Shown here in pieces: positions 29,222-40,481 of a stretch of 64,000 nucleotides of DNA; the first letter of the stretch is position 1, and each line of letters begins with the position of its first letter. A program made the translations under genes and the position numbers. The stretch comes from Flavobacteriales bacterium (lineage in GTDB: Bacteria; Bacteroidota; Bacteroidia; Flavobacteriales_C; GCA-002722245), in NCBI GenBank assembly GCA_002717515.1, contig PBEC01000011.1, positions 41,902 to 105,901 of the forward strand, in the 5' to 3' direction. The notes under the pieces were generated by a model. It saw only the letters and a program-made list of their open reading frames with translations. It made no database searches and was not told where the DNA came from.

Positions 29222-31984
29222 ATGGATTATAACTTTATTGAGGTTGAAAAAAAATGGAGGAAAAAATGGGCTGAAAATAAAACCTATAAAACCTCAAATA
29301 CTTCAAATAAAACGAAATGTTATGTGTTAGACATGTTTCCATACCCATCTGGAGCAGGACTTCACGTAGGACATCCTCTTGGATATATTGCTTCCGACAT
29401 TTATGCTCGTTACAAAACACTCAAGGGTTATAATGTTTTACATCCGATGGGATATGATGCTTTTGGATTACCTGCGGAGCAATATGCTATTCAAACGGGA
29501 CAACATCCAAAAATCACCACTGATGCTAATTTAGTTCGGTACAGAGAGCAGTTAGATAAAATAGGCTTTTCATTCGATTGGGATAGAGAAATTAGAACAT
29601 CTGATCCGAATTACTACAAATGGACACAATGGATTTTTGCTCAGCTTTTTAAATCATGGTTCAACAACCAAAGTCAAAAAGCAGAAAATATAGATGCTCT
29701 TATACTGGTTTTTGAAAATGAGGGAAACAAAGACGTTAATGCGGCATGCGAAGAAACACCCTTGTTTACAGCAAAAGAATGGAATGCGAAAACAGAAAAA
29801 GAGCAATCGGACATCCTTTTAAATTATCGTTTAGCCTATTTAAGTGAATCAATGGTCAACTGGTGTCCTGCTTTGGGTACCGTACTCGCAAACGACGAAG
29901 TAATTAATGGACTCTCTGAACGAGGCGGTCATCCAGTAGAAAGAAAGATGATGCTTCAATGGAGTTTAAGAATCTCTGCTTATGCTGAACGATTACTGCA
30001 AGGTTTAGAAGGAATCGACTGGACAGACTCTTTAAAAGAAATGCAGCGCAACTGGATTGGTAAATCCACAGGAGCTTCTGTCAACTTTAAAATAGCTCGT
30101 TCTAAAAAATCAATTGAAGTTTTTACAACTCGTCCTGATACGATCTTTGGAGTTTCGTTTATGGTTATCGCACCAGAACATGAGTATGTTGATGAATTAA
30201 CCTCATCTGAGCAAAAATCAACTGTCGAAAAATATGTGACGGCGGCCAAAAACAAAAGTGAACGTGAAAGAATGGCGGACGTAAAAAACGTTACAGGTGT
30301 TTTTACTGGGGCCTATGCCATTCATCCATTTACAGGTCAAGAAATTCCAATATGGGTTGGAGATTACGTATTGGCAGGATACGGAACAGGAGCAGTAATG
30401 GCAGTTGCTGCTCACGATTCTCGTGATTATGCTTTTGCTAAACAATTCAATCTACCAATCCTTCCAGTAATTGAAGGAGGAAACATTCAGGAGGAAGCAT
30501 ACGAAGCTAAATCTGGAAAGGTAATTAACTCTGATTTCTTAGATGGTTTAAAGGTAAAGCAGGCTATTAAAACAGCCATCTGGAAAATTGAGAGTGAAGG
30601 TTTAGGAAAAGGAAAGACAAATTACCGTTTAAGAGATGCGATTTTTGGAAGACAAAGATACTGGGGAGAGCCTATCCCTATGATTTTCGAAAATGGAATT
30701 CCGAAGTTACTGGATGAATCAAATTATCCGTTAACTCTTCCAGAGGTTGATGAATACTTGCCCACTGAGGACGGTGACCCTCCTTTAGGAAGAGCAAAAA
30801 ATTGGAAGCCAGAAAATGGCGACCATTACGAATTAAGCACAATGCCGGGGTGGGCTGGATCCTCTTGGTATTATCTGCGTTATATGGACCCTCAAAACAA
30901 TGGGACGTTTGCCTCAAGAGAAGCGACAGATTACTGGAATCAGGTTGACCTTTATATTGGTGGAACCGAACACGCAACCGGTCATTTATTATACTCGAGG
31001 TTTTGGTGTAAACTTTTGTTTGATTTAGGACATATCGGCTTTGATGAGCCTTTTAAAAAATTAATTAATCAAGGAATGATTTTAGGAACCTCATCAATTG
31101 CCTTTAGGGTAAACGGAACCAACAAATTTGTTTCAAAAGGACTTAAAGATAATTATGACACTACTCCTGTCCATGTAGATGTGAATATGGTTTCTAATGA
31201 CATTTTAGACCTTGACGCATTTAAAGTATGGAGAGCTGATTTTTCCGATGCTGAGTTTGAACTCGAAAATGGAAAATACATCTGTGGAGAAGAGGTTGAA
31301 AAAATGTCAAAATCTAAATTTAACGTCGTAAATCCAGACGATATCGTTCAAGAACACGGTGCGGATGTCCTTAGATTGTATGAAATGTTTCTCGGTCCGT
31401 TAGAACAAGCTAAACCTTGGAGTACAAAAGGAATTGATGGAGTTAGTCGATTTATTCGAAAGTTCTGGAACCTATATCATGATACGGATGGAAACTTTAA
31501 AATTACGGAAGGGAAGCCTTTAAAAGAAGAAATGAAGGTCCTCCATACATTAATTAAAAAAGTACAGGAGGATATTGAAAACTTCTCTTTCAATACTTCG
31601 GTTTCAGCATTCATGGTTTGTGTAAATGAACTTCAAAAATTGAAATGCAATAAGAAAGTTGTGCTTAAAGATTTAGCAATTGTTGTTTCTGCTTATGCTC
31701 CTTTTATCACTGAAGAGCTTTGGTCTTTAATGTGCGAAAAAGGGAGTATTGCACATGCTTCATTCCCAGAATTCAATCCCTCTTATCTAATTGAGAATTC
31801 ATACACTTACCCCATTTCTTTTAATGGAAAAATGAGATTTAAATTGGAATTTCCTCTAAACATGGATAAAGCTGATATAGAAAAACAAGTCCTTAATCAC
31901 GAAGATGCTCAGAAATGGCTAAATGGAAAAACTCCGAAAAAAGTCATTGTTGTCCCAAAGAAAATTGTAAATATTGTCGTTTAA
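29222..31984 (+). CDS. leuS: Leucine--tRNA ligase
   Basis: [14 protein letters not shown] (HIGH), KMSKS, FTTRPDT editing domain, [16 protein letters not shown]-terminus. Confidence 0.98.
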   Translation: MDYNFIEVEKKWRKKWAENKTYKTSNTSNKTKCYVLDMFPYPSGAGLHVGHPLGYIASDIYARYKTLKGYNVLHPMGYDAFGLPAEQYAIQTGQHPKITTDANLVRYREQLDKIGFSFDWDREIRTSDPNYYKWTQWIFAQLFKSWFNNQSQKAENIDALILVFENEGNKDVNAACEETPLFTAKEWNAKTEKEQSDILLNYRLAYLSESMVNWCPALGTVLANDEVINGLSERGGHPVERKMMLQWSLRISAYAERLLQGLEGIDWTDSLKEMQRNWIGKSTGASVNFKIARSKKSIEVFTTRPDTIFGVSFMVIAPEHEYVDELTSSEQKSTVEKYVTAAKNKSERERMADVKNVTGVFTGAYAIHPFTGQEIPIWVGDYVLAGYGTGAVMAVAAHDSRDYAFAKQFNLPILPVIEGGNIQEEAYEAKSGKVINSDFLDGLKVKQAIKTAIWKIESEGLGKGKTNYRLRDAIFGRQRYWGEPIPMIFENGIPKLLDESNYPLTLPEVDEYLPTEDGDPPLGRAKNWKPENGDHYELSTMPGWAGSSWYYLRYMDPQNNGTFASREATDYWNQVDLYIGGTEHATGHLLYSRFWCKLLFDLGHIGFDEPFKKLINQGMILGTSSIAFRVNGTNKFVSKGLKDNYDTTPVHVDVNMVSNDILDLDAFKVWRADFSDAEFELENGKYICGEEVEKMSKSKFNVVNPDDIVQEHGADVLRLYEMFLGPLEQAKPWSTKGIDGVSRFIRKFWNLYHDTDGNFKITEGKPLKEEMKVLHTLIKKVQEDIENFSFNTSVSAFMVCVNELQKLKCNKKVVLKDLAIVVSAYAPFITEELWSLMCEKGSIAHASFPEFNPSYLIENSYTYPISFNGKMRFKLEFPLNMDKADIEKQVLNHEDAQKWLNGKTPKKVIVVPKKIVNIVV

Positions 31985-32009
31985 TAAAAACGATTGATAA
32001 TCCTGTCTA

Positions 32010-32642
32010 TTGAAAAAAATAATACGAATAACCTCTTTAAGTTTTGTGATGTTTTACATCACTGCGGCGCTTTTTTATCCTGACTTTTTCAACCCTTTAA
32101 AACTGTTTTTTTGTGACTTAATGCAAATCCAATCTGAAACTCATAAATCTTTAAACTTTGGACGTCCTTTTGCTTTATTGTCTTTGATTAGCATATCATG
32201 TGTAATTGCATCATTTTTTATTTGGTTTTCCAATCAAACACAATGGACAAAACCCAAAAAGCTGTTCACGAAAATAAGCGGAAGTGCTGCTGCTTTTTTT
32301 ACCGTTTTTCTTTTCACCAGTTTACACGATGAGCTTATTTTAATTGCTTCAATTGTTGGTGCTTTTCCTATTTCTTTAGTAGGTTTGGAATTACTAAAAA
32401 TGAAAAAAAAATGCGCACCTGTTTTAGGGTGTTCTGCCCTATTTCTTCTTACATTCTATAACTTAAGTTTCTATCTTAATCTTTTTGAATTATTGTGGCC
32501 AACAATTCAAAAAATCTCCATTTTTCTTTGCTTACTATGGATAAACATTTTTATTTCAAAACAAAAAAATTACATCCCTCTTACTAAACAAGACAAATAT
32601 CGCTTCAAAACACTTAGAAAACGAAAAGCGTATGCGTCATGA
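32010..32642 (+). CDS. Hypothetical membrane protein (5-6 TM)
   Basis: Hydrophobic ORF just after leuS, TTG start. Confidence 0.6.
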   Translation: MKKIIRITSLSFVMFYITAALFYPDFFNPLKLFFCDLMQIQSETHKSLNFGRPFALLSLISISCVIASFFIWFSNQTQWTKPKKLFTKISGSAAAFFTVFLFTSLHDELILIASIVGAFPISLVGLELLKMKKKCAPVLGCSALFLLTFYNLSFYLNLFELLWPTIQKISIFLCLLWINIFISKQKNYIPLTKQDKYRFKTLRKRKAYAS

Positions 32643-33017
32643 TATTTATAACCGATTTTTTCACTCTTCCCATAAGCCAAACACCATTCATCTCTCCCCT
32701 TAAAACCAGAACACTATATCCTAACTTGTAAAAACCGCAGCACAATCACACACGACTTTTTGAATTTATTCTGTACTATTTTATATCCAAATTTAGACTC
32801 TACAAACTTTAATTATCAAGAAATCAAAAGTATTTATCCGAATGGAATTATGCTAATAACAGATCAATAAGTTAATGCTTTCTCTCATAACCAAATATCA
32901 CATTGCTTGGGAAGATTCTTTAAAAAAGGTAAATACAAGACTCCTATGTCATAAAGCCAGGTAACTTACGGTTTAGGCTTATTTTAACCTCCTTTCAGCT
33001 ACCTTCTCAAAAAGAAA

Positions 33018-35036
33018 TTATTGCTGTTCAAAAACCAATGTAATCTTATTGAAATCAGCAGCTGCATTTATAACCGTTCTGAATTCCTCATAACGCTCTA
33101 AAGGAACAGAAATTTCATCATAATATTCATAACAAATAACTTTCAGATTATTTCCATTAAGTTCGTATTTACTGGTAAACTCCATTGTGTTTTTACCATC
33201 TTTTGAGGATGAATAGTCCATGTTTAAATCACTCAAGTTGGTGATTTTATATCCTTCTGGAATTTTTATGTTTAATACTCTTTTGTAGCCATGATTGTAT
33301 CTATTTTCCACATCGAACTTTCTAGCTGTGTCCTGATACATTTCGACTTGAGCACCAATTACTAAGCCCATTTTAAATAAAAACTTTTTTCCTGCCTGCT
33401 CTATTAAAGATGACGACTCTGCATCCCCTTCATAAATATATGGTTTCGCCAGCATATACCCCTCCATCTCTTCATTCTCGGTGGTAATATTCGATATTTC
33501 CGCATCTTCCGCAAAAGATTTTAGATTCTCCTTTAAAATTTCTTCTTTCTGTTCTTCAGTTGCTAACGCCATATATGGCCTGGTGTAAGCAGCGCTATAC
33601 CCACTGGTTTCATGTTTAACATGAGCCAAAACTTTTTCAAAATCTTCGTCAAACTCTATATCTAAGGTCATATTGTCGTAATTAACGTCACTATTTGTCC
33701 CTGCAATTTCTCTTATTTCTGGATAAAAAGAGCGAACGCCTCCTGCCTTAACAGGTTTTATGAATAATCCTTTATGATATGCATAAGAACTTGGTATGAG
33801 ACCAAACCTCATAAAATCATTTGTAGGAGCCATGTATTGATCAAGTTTAGGGAAATAAAATAAGGAAGCTTCAAGATAATTGTAGGTCTCAAAATCTTCA
33901 TCAAATTGTTTTTTAAAACGATTACAAGTTACAACAACCTCGTGCTCAATATCTAACAAATCAAAAATTCTGGCATAAATTCTCATCGCATTTTGTTTGC
34001 TGTATACCTTTTGTTTCAAAGGTTCGTGAATATAATATCTTCCGGTTTGCCCACGTTTTAAATTGCCTTTTATGTAGTGTTCTATTGCAATAATTTTATT
34101 TTTTTCATTTTCAATTTTATCCCACTTTTCTCGTTTTATGAGCCCTTTAATTACCTTGGTCTCCTTTTTAATATCTTTTTCACTGTTTCCCTCATAAATT
34201 CTTTTCGAATAAATTTTTGTGGCCTTGCTGTAACTAAAGAAGTTTCTTTGATTTTGATTTTCTAATTCAAATAGTTTCACTTCGGCCCTTTTTATCAAGG
34301 CATCTCCTTTCGAATAATCCTCCTCTTTAAATTTTTCAACTTCATTTAAATGCAAAACATATCTATTCACATCTACTGCGGAAGTATCGTCTATGACTTC
34401 CTCCAAATTATTGTATGATTTTGTTTTAATGAGAAAATCTTCAGGAACCGTTAATTCATAATGAAAATGTCGTTTGGGATATTCATCTTGAACCTTTACT
34501 TCAAAATAAAAGCTATTAAATCTACCTGGTTCTTTTATTGAATAAGTATATTCTATTTCACTTCCAACCTCAATACCCTCAAGGGCGAATATTGTAAACG
34601 GACCATAGTTTTCATAATTTTCAACCTCTTTTTTATTGCTGTCATCAAATTCTATTATTTTACCATTTTTGTTTATCGCGCGCGCCTTTAAATTAATTAC
34701 ATCTCGAGAGTTTGACATGGAAATATACACCTTGTTAAAGTTCTCTACTGCTTTATCGTTATTCAACCGAATTCTTTTGTAGTATAAATTTTCTTCAATC
34801 AATACATCATCATAAACCGTCCCTGATTTGGGGTCGACAAATGTACCGTATTCGTACTTGCAAACATTTACATCGGATATGTAAACTGCATTACTCTTTT
34901 TTTCTTCTTCTGTTAAGTTTGTTAAAACAGGCGTTTCCTCCCAGAAATCCTCGTTAAAAGATTCTGCAACACCCTCTACTTGAGCTAAAAGGGATATTGA
35001 AATACTAAACAACGACAATAATAATTTAACCTTCAT
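33018..35036 (-). CDS. DUF3857-domain protein with degenerate transglutaminase-like core
   Basis: Signal peptide, GIEVGSEIEYTY DUF3857 motif, C-terminal IKIPEGY and EEFRTVINAAADFN; catalytic triad positions not conserved. Confidence 0.75.
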   Translation of the reverse strand: MKVKLLLSLFSISISLLAQVEGVAESFNEDFWEETPVLTNLTEEEKKSNAVYISDVNVCKYEYGTFVDPKSGTVYDDVLIEENLYYKRIRLNNDKAVENFNKVYISMSNSRDVINLKARAINKNGKIIEFDDSNKKEVENYENYGPFTIFALEGIEVGSEIEYTYSIKEPGRFNSFYFEVKVQDEYPKRHFHYELTVPEDFLIKTKSYNNLEEVIDDTSAVDVNRYVLHLNEVEKFKEEDYSKGDALIKRAEVKLFELENQNQRNFFSYSKATKIYSKRIYEGNSEKDIKKETKVIKGLIKREKWDKIENEKNKIIAIEHYIKGNLKRGQTGRYYIHEPLKQKVYSKQNAMRIYARIFDLLDIEHEVVVTCNRFKKQFDEDFETYNYLEASLFYFPKLDQYMAPTNDFMRFGLIPSSYAYHKGLFIKPVKAGGVRSFYPEIREIAGTNSDVNYDNMTLDIEFDEDFEKVLAHVKHETSGYSAAYTRPYMALATEEQKEEILKENLKSFAEDAEISNITTENEEMEGYMLAKPYIYEGDAESSSLIEQAGKKFLFKMGLVIGAQVEMYQDTARKFDVENRYNHGYKRVLNIKIPEGYKITNLSDLNMDYSSSKDGKNTMEFTSKYELNGNNLKVICYEYYDEISVPLERYEEFRTVINAAADFNKITLVFEQQ

Positions 35037-35061
35037 TTTTTCAGTGTGTAGAATGTATTAT

Positions 35062-37014
35062 TTATTTTCTCTTGATGATTATAACTTCCTTGTAGGCTTT
35101 TTTCAACTTTTTAATCATTGAATTCCACTCTTCAAATTGAGGTTCCTCGATTAACAAAGTATCCACATAAATATTTTTTTTCAATACTATTTTCCCCTCC
35201 TTTTTCTCGTATGTAATTTTGAAACCGAAATCATTCCCCTTAAACTCTGCATCGTTTGGAACAAAGGCAAGTTCAAAACCTTCAGGAAGTTCAAACTCAA
35301 CCTCATATCTTAAGTCCATCTTGTGTTTAAATTGTCTTGCAATTCCTTTTCTTTCCTCAATATCCAGTTTACTGTTTTTATAATCTCTATCAAGATTAAG
35401 GTTAATATATGTCTCATCTTCAACTGTTTTACTGTAATCGTCTAAATTAAATTTGTAATTAATAGTTAGAGAAGTATCTCGGTTCTTTAACCCAATAAAA
35501 CTGGACTCATCCACTCTAAATTTATTGTTCCCTTTTTCTAAATAAGATTCAATATAATTTCTTTGATCTTCTTCATTGTTCATATTAGCAAGCCGGTAAA
35601 CGTAGTTAAATTTCTGATACCCCTCAGCCTCTATTTTTCCAGAACCAACTAATTTTGTTCCCAAAAGTTTCATAGAAACAAAATCGTATTCTACATTTTG
35701 CTCTTTATTTACAACCGGAACTCGAAACAACTCATAACGCCCTTCTCCCTTTGAAATCAACGCTTGTTTTCCTTGAATGAATTCGGTAGGATAACCATAT
35801 GGTGTATAAGATCCGACCGCATCCAGAATAACCACTTCATCTGATTCATTTCGATAAGAAGCAATCATATGGTTATCGACTATTGGTGTTGCTATTTCAG
35901 TGTAATCGTAGGGTAGGTCATCACTTCCAATCCATGTAATATTTGCTTCTATTCCAGCATACTTCATCATTTCTGTTATAATACTGGCCATGTCTTTACA
36001 ATCTCCATATCTTTTTCTGCATACACTTGCTGCGGAACGGGGAATAAATCCTCCCATACCGTCTTCGAAAGCAACATATTTTATGTTGTCTTGAACCCAA
36101 TTAAAAATTTCTCTTGCCTTTTCGTCTTTCCCTTTTAAATCTTTTACTAAATCCAGGGTAATTGACTTTAAAACGGAATCTTCCTTTAAATTCAAATCCT
36201 TAATTAAAGAGTAATACCAATTGTAGAGGCCATCCAAATTCGGTAACACAGTAATTGTTGTGTCCTTTAATCTCATTTCTCCGATATAGGTTACTATGTG
36301 TGGAGTATAATAGCGTAAATTAGGAGCTCCAAACGAAGATTCATATGCATCTTGATTTTCGACTTTCCAGGTAATCGTGGTAACGCCTCCTTTTTCAACT
36401 TTCGTTTGTTTTATTTCAATTTTATCGGCGTTAAAAAGTTTATAATAAACATCCACATTTGAAGGATAAGAGATACTGTATTCCGATTTCAGAGTAGGAA
36501 GGTAATTCATTAAAAAAGTACTTCCCAAAAATTGAGGTTTCTTTATTACTTCCCTGTAAGCTAAATTTATTTTAGTTCCAGATTCAGAACCCGGGAACCT
36601 GAATGCAATTTGCTTATTGTCGTGAAAAAAATAACTTCCATCGTAAACGTCTTCTGTTTTGAATTCCGTTACTTTGGTTTTTTTTAACTTTTCTGTATCT
36701 CCATTTTTTGGTATGTATGAAAAAGCTTTGATGTTTTGAATTTCTGAAAATTCTGAAAATTGAATGTTTTGATCGCCATAAGCCCTTCCTTTATCACTTA
36801 GATATAAGATTTCCCAATTTACATCACTATATATTTCAAAATCATTCCCTTTTGTGTTAATGACTACATGCTCTTTTTCTGAAAGATATACTGCATGGTC
36901 ATCACTATATTTTTTTTGCAATTCAGAAAGCGATCCACCCTCTTCTGAGGTTTGAGAAAAACCCAATCCTGAAAAAATAAAAAATAAAAAATAAAAAATT
37001 CTTCTCCCCATCAT
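35062..37014 (-). CDS. DUF3857 plus transglutaminase-like domain protein with intact Cys-His-Asp triad
   Basis: WVQDNIKYVAFEDGMGGFIPR, GDCKDM, NHMI, ILDA; signal peptide. Confidence 0.88.
   Translation of the reverse strand: MMGRRIFYFLFFIFSGLGFSQTSEEGGSLSELQKKYSDDHAVYLSEKEHVVINTKGNDFEIYSDVNWEILYLSDKGRAYGDQNIQFSEFSEIQNIKAFSYIPKNGDTEKLKKTKVTEFKTEDVYDGSYFFHDNKQIAFRFPGSESGTKINLAYREVIKKPQFLGSTFLMNYLPTLKSEYSISYPSNVDVYYKLFNADKIEIKQTKVEKGGVTTITWKVENQDAYESSFGAPNLRYYTPHIVTYIGEMRLKDTTITVLPNLDGLYNWYYSLIKDLNLKEDSVLKSITLDLVKDLKGKDEKAREIFNWVQDNIKYVAFEDGMGGFIPRSAASVCRKRYGDCKDMASIITEMMKYAGIEANITWIGSDDLPYDYTEIATPIVDNHMIASYRNESDEVVILDAVGSYTPYGYPTEFIQGKQALISKGEGRYELFRVPVVNKEQNVEYDFVSMKLLGTKLVGSGKIEAEGYQKFNYVYRLANMNNEEDQRNYIESYLEKGNNKFRVDESSFIGLKNRDTSLTINYKFNLDDYSKTVEDETYINLNLDRDYKNSKLDIEERKGIARQFKHKMDLRYEVEFELPEGFELAFVPNDAEFKGNDFGFKITYEKKEGKIVLKKNIYVDTLLIEEPQFEEWNSMIKKLKKAYKEVIIIKRK
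36972..36999. repeat. Perfect heptanucleotide tandem repeat (AAAAAAT)x4 in the signal-peptide coding region
   Basis: Units at 36972, 36979, 36986 and 36993. Confidence 0.9.
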
Positions 37015-37035
37015 TTAACCCTATTATTAAATTAA

Positions 37036-40000
37036 CTATCGTAAATCAACCTCAATAACAACGTCATCTTTATATTTCAAAACATAAAGTAGGTTACCCT
37101 TGTCGTCATAAAACTTAGCCAAACCGTCTTTTACATCCTGATTATAAGTGATTTCTGAAAGCAACACTCCTTTTTTATTGTATTTTTTTTGTATCCCGTG
37201 TAATCTTCCATAATTATAAGAAGCCTCATACCTCAAAGTTCCGTCCTCATAATAAGCCTTATAATCCCCATGATGATTATTGTTCAAATAATTTGCTTCA
37301 ATCCAAGGTTTTCCATTGCTGTGCATCCTCTTGTAAGGACCTTCATATAAACCGTTCTTTTCCGAATAAGATGAAGCGACATTCCCATCATCAAAATAGG
37401 TTTTAATATCCCCATTCCCATTTATTACTATTGGTTCAATAAGCTTGCCATTTTTTAAATAGCTGTAAGCAACCATTTCTCCTCCGTTATATTTTCTTTT
37501 GATTACAATTTTTCCAAAAGCATCGTAGTTACAAAATTCTCCATGAGTAAAGTCTCCCTCCATGGGAGCAAAAGAATTCAAGGCGCCATTTGGATGGAAA
37601 TACTTCTCTCCAATGACATCACCGTTCTTATCGTAATATGTTATTTCCTTTATCCCACCAGATATGTAATATCTCATAACAGAGTCTTGAGCTACATCCA
37701 ATTCATAAAAAGCCTTGTATGCTAATTTACCATTGTGGTGATAAGTTTTCCACTCTCCTTTTCTCTTTCCATAAACATACTCTCCCTCTTCCTTTAAACT
37801 TCCATCAGGAAAATATGATCGGTACATTCCATGACTCTCCCCATAATTTTTTTGACTTTTTTCAAGAGTCTGACCATTCGGGTAGTAAAAAGTTTTTGTC
37901 CCGTGATGCTCTCCTCCGTCAAGCTTAGACTTAAGATACAAATGTCCTGCGGTACTTTTAAATACGTATTCTCCTTTTCCTTGCGGTGTTTTGATATCAC
38001 AAATAACATTTCCATCCTTATCAAACACTTCCGTTTTATACAAAACGTCTCCTTTATAAAAATAATTCGATCTTTTTTCTCCTGTTATTGAATAAATAGT
38101 AACATGACCATCACTTTTACCATCTATAAAATACACTTCCTTGTAAAGGTTTCCATTTGGGTGATAGTACTTCCATAGGCCTGCTTTTTCTCCTTCAACG
38201 TATTGACCTTCAGCATGTTTTTTTCCATTGTCATAATAAGATTTATATTCTCCATGAAGTTTGTCGTCTTTATAATACATCTCTTGATCAATCCCGCCCC
38301 ATGAATAGTACTCTTTATACTCACCCGATAAAACACCTTTAACATAATTTCTTTTCTCACTAACGTTTCCATTTTTAAAATACACAGTATATTCTCCATG
38401 AAATTTATTTCCTTTTTTTGTTCCTTCTATGTATTTATATCCAAATCGATCGTTCAAAACATATTCCTTTTTCCCACTCGATAAAAGCTCTCCATTTGGG
38501 CCATAATTGTAGTACTTTTTTAACTTCCCCTTTTTAAACACGTGCTCCCAAAGGACCCTATTATCATTGGTATAATCTTTATCGACACCGTGAAGCAATC
38601 CATTATTATATGTTCTGTAAACCAGTGTATCTCCTTTTTTATCAAATTGCACATAGTCGCCATGAAAACTCCCTCCTTTATAATTGTACTTGTAAGCCAA
38701 TGAACCATCGTAATAGTAATCTTTCCATGTACCGTAACGTTGTCCACCCTTAAACTTGCCCTCACTGGCTATATTTCCATTTATATGGTATTCAATATAT
38801 GAACCAGTAGGTTTTCCTTTAGAGTAGTTTATGATTTTTAAAGTATCGCCCAACGGACCGAAAACATAAAGATTACCCTCATTCAATCCTTTTACAACAT
38901 TAACTTCAGAATAAAGCTCCCCATTTGTATAAAACTCTTGAACCTTTCCGTCTAATTTATTTTCCTTAAAATTTTTCAGCAAATAAAAGATCCCTTGGCT
39001 ATTGTATATCTTAATCTCCCCATTTAATTCTCCATCTAAAAATTCACCTCCATAATTTGAACAACCGTTATCTCGAGTAAAATATGCATGGCCGTTAAGA
39101 ACTCCGTCCTTATAAATCCCGGACTCTTTGATGTATCCATCTTGAGAATACCAAATATTTTCACCTATTAGCTTACCTTTTTCATTATATTCTGTTTCTG
39201 CTGATATTTTTCCACTTGGATATAAGTAGGTCCATTTACCCTCTCTAAAGTCTTTTTTGTTTATTTTTCCAAAGGCTTTTAAAATCCCTCTACTGTCCAT
39301 AATGTAGTCTCTTTCATCGATTTCACCATTAACCTTAAACTTGTTGGAATTTATTTGATTTTCCCAGTATTCTGTATTAAACTTTTCAAACGCATCAAAA
39401 TTGTTTTTGTAAGTAGAGATTACTTTCTTAACATAGGGATTGTTAATTACACTCATTACATACAAAATATAACCTTTCTCAAGACCTTTGTTCTTAATTT
39501 CATTGAGAAATTTACCATAATATTTCATCGTAAAATCATCTGATTTTGACTTGTATGAAAATTGCTTAAAGATTAAATCAGTAACGGCGTTGGATATATA
39601 CCTTAATGGTATGTCTGTTTTGTAATCTGCTTTTAAAGCTAATCCTGATGAAATTAAACTGTTGATTTGTTTGTATTCTTTATTATCTTCTTTTTCCCTG
39701 TTTATTTCAAAATTACTTTGCATCATATCGTTCATTCCTCTGAAAGCCTCTTTCAAAGAATTTGAATTTCGATTTGAAATTATCGCCATTTGAAATCCTA
39801 ATATTGCCTGAATCTCACCCCCTTCATCTCCCATTATTTGAGCAAGTAATAAATGAGATGCAGAATGATGCGGATGCTGAATTATTATGGATTGTAATAT
39901 TTCTTTTGCCTCTTCGTATTTTTCTTGCTCCTCAAGCATTTTCGCCCTCAGATATTCAAATCTAAATTTGTAAAGAGGGTATTCAATTGATCCTTCATCA

Positions 40001-40356
40001 ATACACTTTGATACATTTTCAAATTCTTTTATTTGAATTAATCCGTTTATTTTATAGTAATATGCCTCCGCTGAATATTGAGAACCCTCTTTAATCATTT
40101 TTGTTCCTGTTTTTACCGCCGATTTGTAATATTCAGAAGTAAATTCACAGATTAGCTTATTCAGTTGAGCCAATTCATATAAGGTATCGCTCTTGTTTAT
40201 TTTTTCGAAAGAAGCAAAAGCCTCTTTGTATTCTTCTTGCCCAAAATGCTCATAAGCTTCATTAAAATATTCTTTTGAAGTCGTAAAAGTATAATCGGAT
40301 TGGGCGAAACCGATTTGGGTCGCTAAAACGCATAAAATTGCAAATATCTTTTTCAT
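37036..40356 (-). CDS. Secreted TPR plus MORN-variant (YwqK-like) repeat protein
   Basis: Signal peptide, N-terminal TPR-like helices, then dozens of G.W..YY..G....EG.Y repeats. Confidence 0.85.
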   Translation of the reverse strand: MKKIFAILCVLATQIGFAQSDYTFTTSKEYFNEAYEHFGQEEYKEAFASFEKINKSDTLYELAQLNKLICEFTSEYYKSAVKTGTKMIKEGSQYSAEAYYYKINGLIQIKEFENVSKCIDEGSIEYPLYKFRFEYLRAKMLEEQEKYEEAKEILQSIIIQHPHHSASHLLLAQIMGDEGGEIQAILGFQMAIISNRNSNSLKEAFRGMNDMMQSNFEINREKEDNKEYKQINSLISSGLALKADYKTDIPLRYISNAVTDLIFKQFSYKSKSDDFTMKYYGKFLNEIKNKGLEKGYILYVMSVINNPYVKKVISTYKNNFDAFEKFNTEYWENQINSNKFKVNGEIDERDYIMDSRGILKAFGKINKKDFREGKWTYLYPSGKISAETEYNEKGKLIGENIWYSQDGYIKESGIYKDGVLNGHAYFTRDNGCSNYGGEFLDGELNGEIKIYNSQGIFYLLKNFKENKLDGKVQEFYTNGELYSEVNVVKGLNEGNLYVFGPLGDTLKIINYSKGKPTGSYIEYHINGNIASEGKFKGGQRYGTWKDYYYDGSLAYKYNYKGGSFHGDYVQFDKKGDTLVYRTYNNGLLHGVDKDYTNDNRVLWEHVFKKGKLKKYYNYGPNGELLSSGKKEYVLNDRFGYKYIEGTKKGNKFHGEYTVYFKNGNVSEKRNYVKGVLSGEYKEYYSWGGIDQEMYYKDDKLHGEYKSYYDNGKKHAEGQYVEGEKAGLWKYYHPNGNLYKEVYFIDGKSDGHVTIYSITGEKRSNYFYKGDVLYKTEVFDKDGNVICDIKTPQGKGEYVFKSTAGHLYLKSKLDGGEHHGTKTFYYPNGQTLEKSQKNYGESHGMYRSYFPDGSLKEEGEYVYGKRKGEWKTYHHNGKLAYKAFYELDVAQDSVMRYYISGGIKEITYYDKNGDVIGEKYFHPNGALNSFAPMEGDFTHGEFCNYDAFGKIVIKRKYNGGEMVAYSYLKNGKLIEPIVINGNGDIKTYFDDGNVASSYSEKNGLYEGPYKRMHSNGKPWIEANYLNNNHHGDYKAYYEDGTLRYEASYNYGRLHGIQKKYNKKGVLLSEITYNQDVKDGLAKFYDDKGNLLYVLKYKDDVVIEVDLR

Positions 40357-40481
40357 AATGTATTAAGTTGCCTCTAATTTAACCACAATTCTTTAATTTC
40401 TGACAAGAATCAAAAAATATAACATTTATTAGGAAAAACACTTTTTGTTTTGTTTTGTTGCAATGGACGAAAAACAATTCT

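Noticed and set aside
32010..32642. Membrane protein considered as a rhodopsin partner for the CrtY-Blh fusion
   Set aside because: Only 5-6 TM segments; lacks the helix C RYxDW motif and the helix G DxxxK retinal-binding motif
37036..40356. Toxin-antitoxin (YwqK) or RHS toxin interpretation of the repeat protein
   Set aside because: No adjacent toxin or immunity gene, no RHS core PxxxxDPxG motif or toxic tip; repeats are MORN-variant and run to the C-terminus
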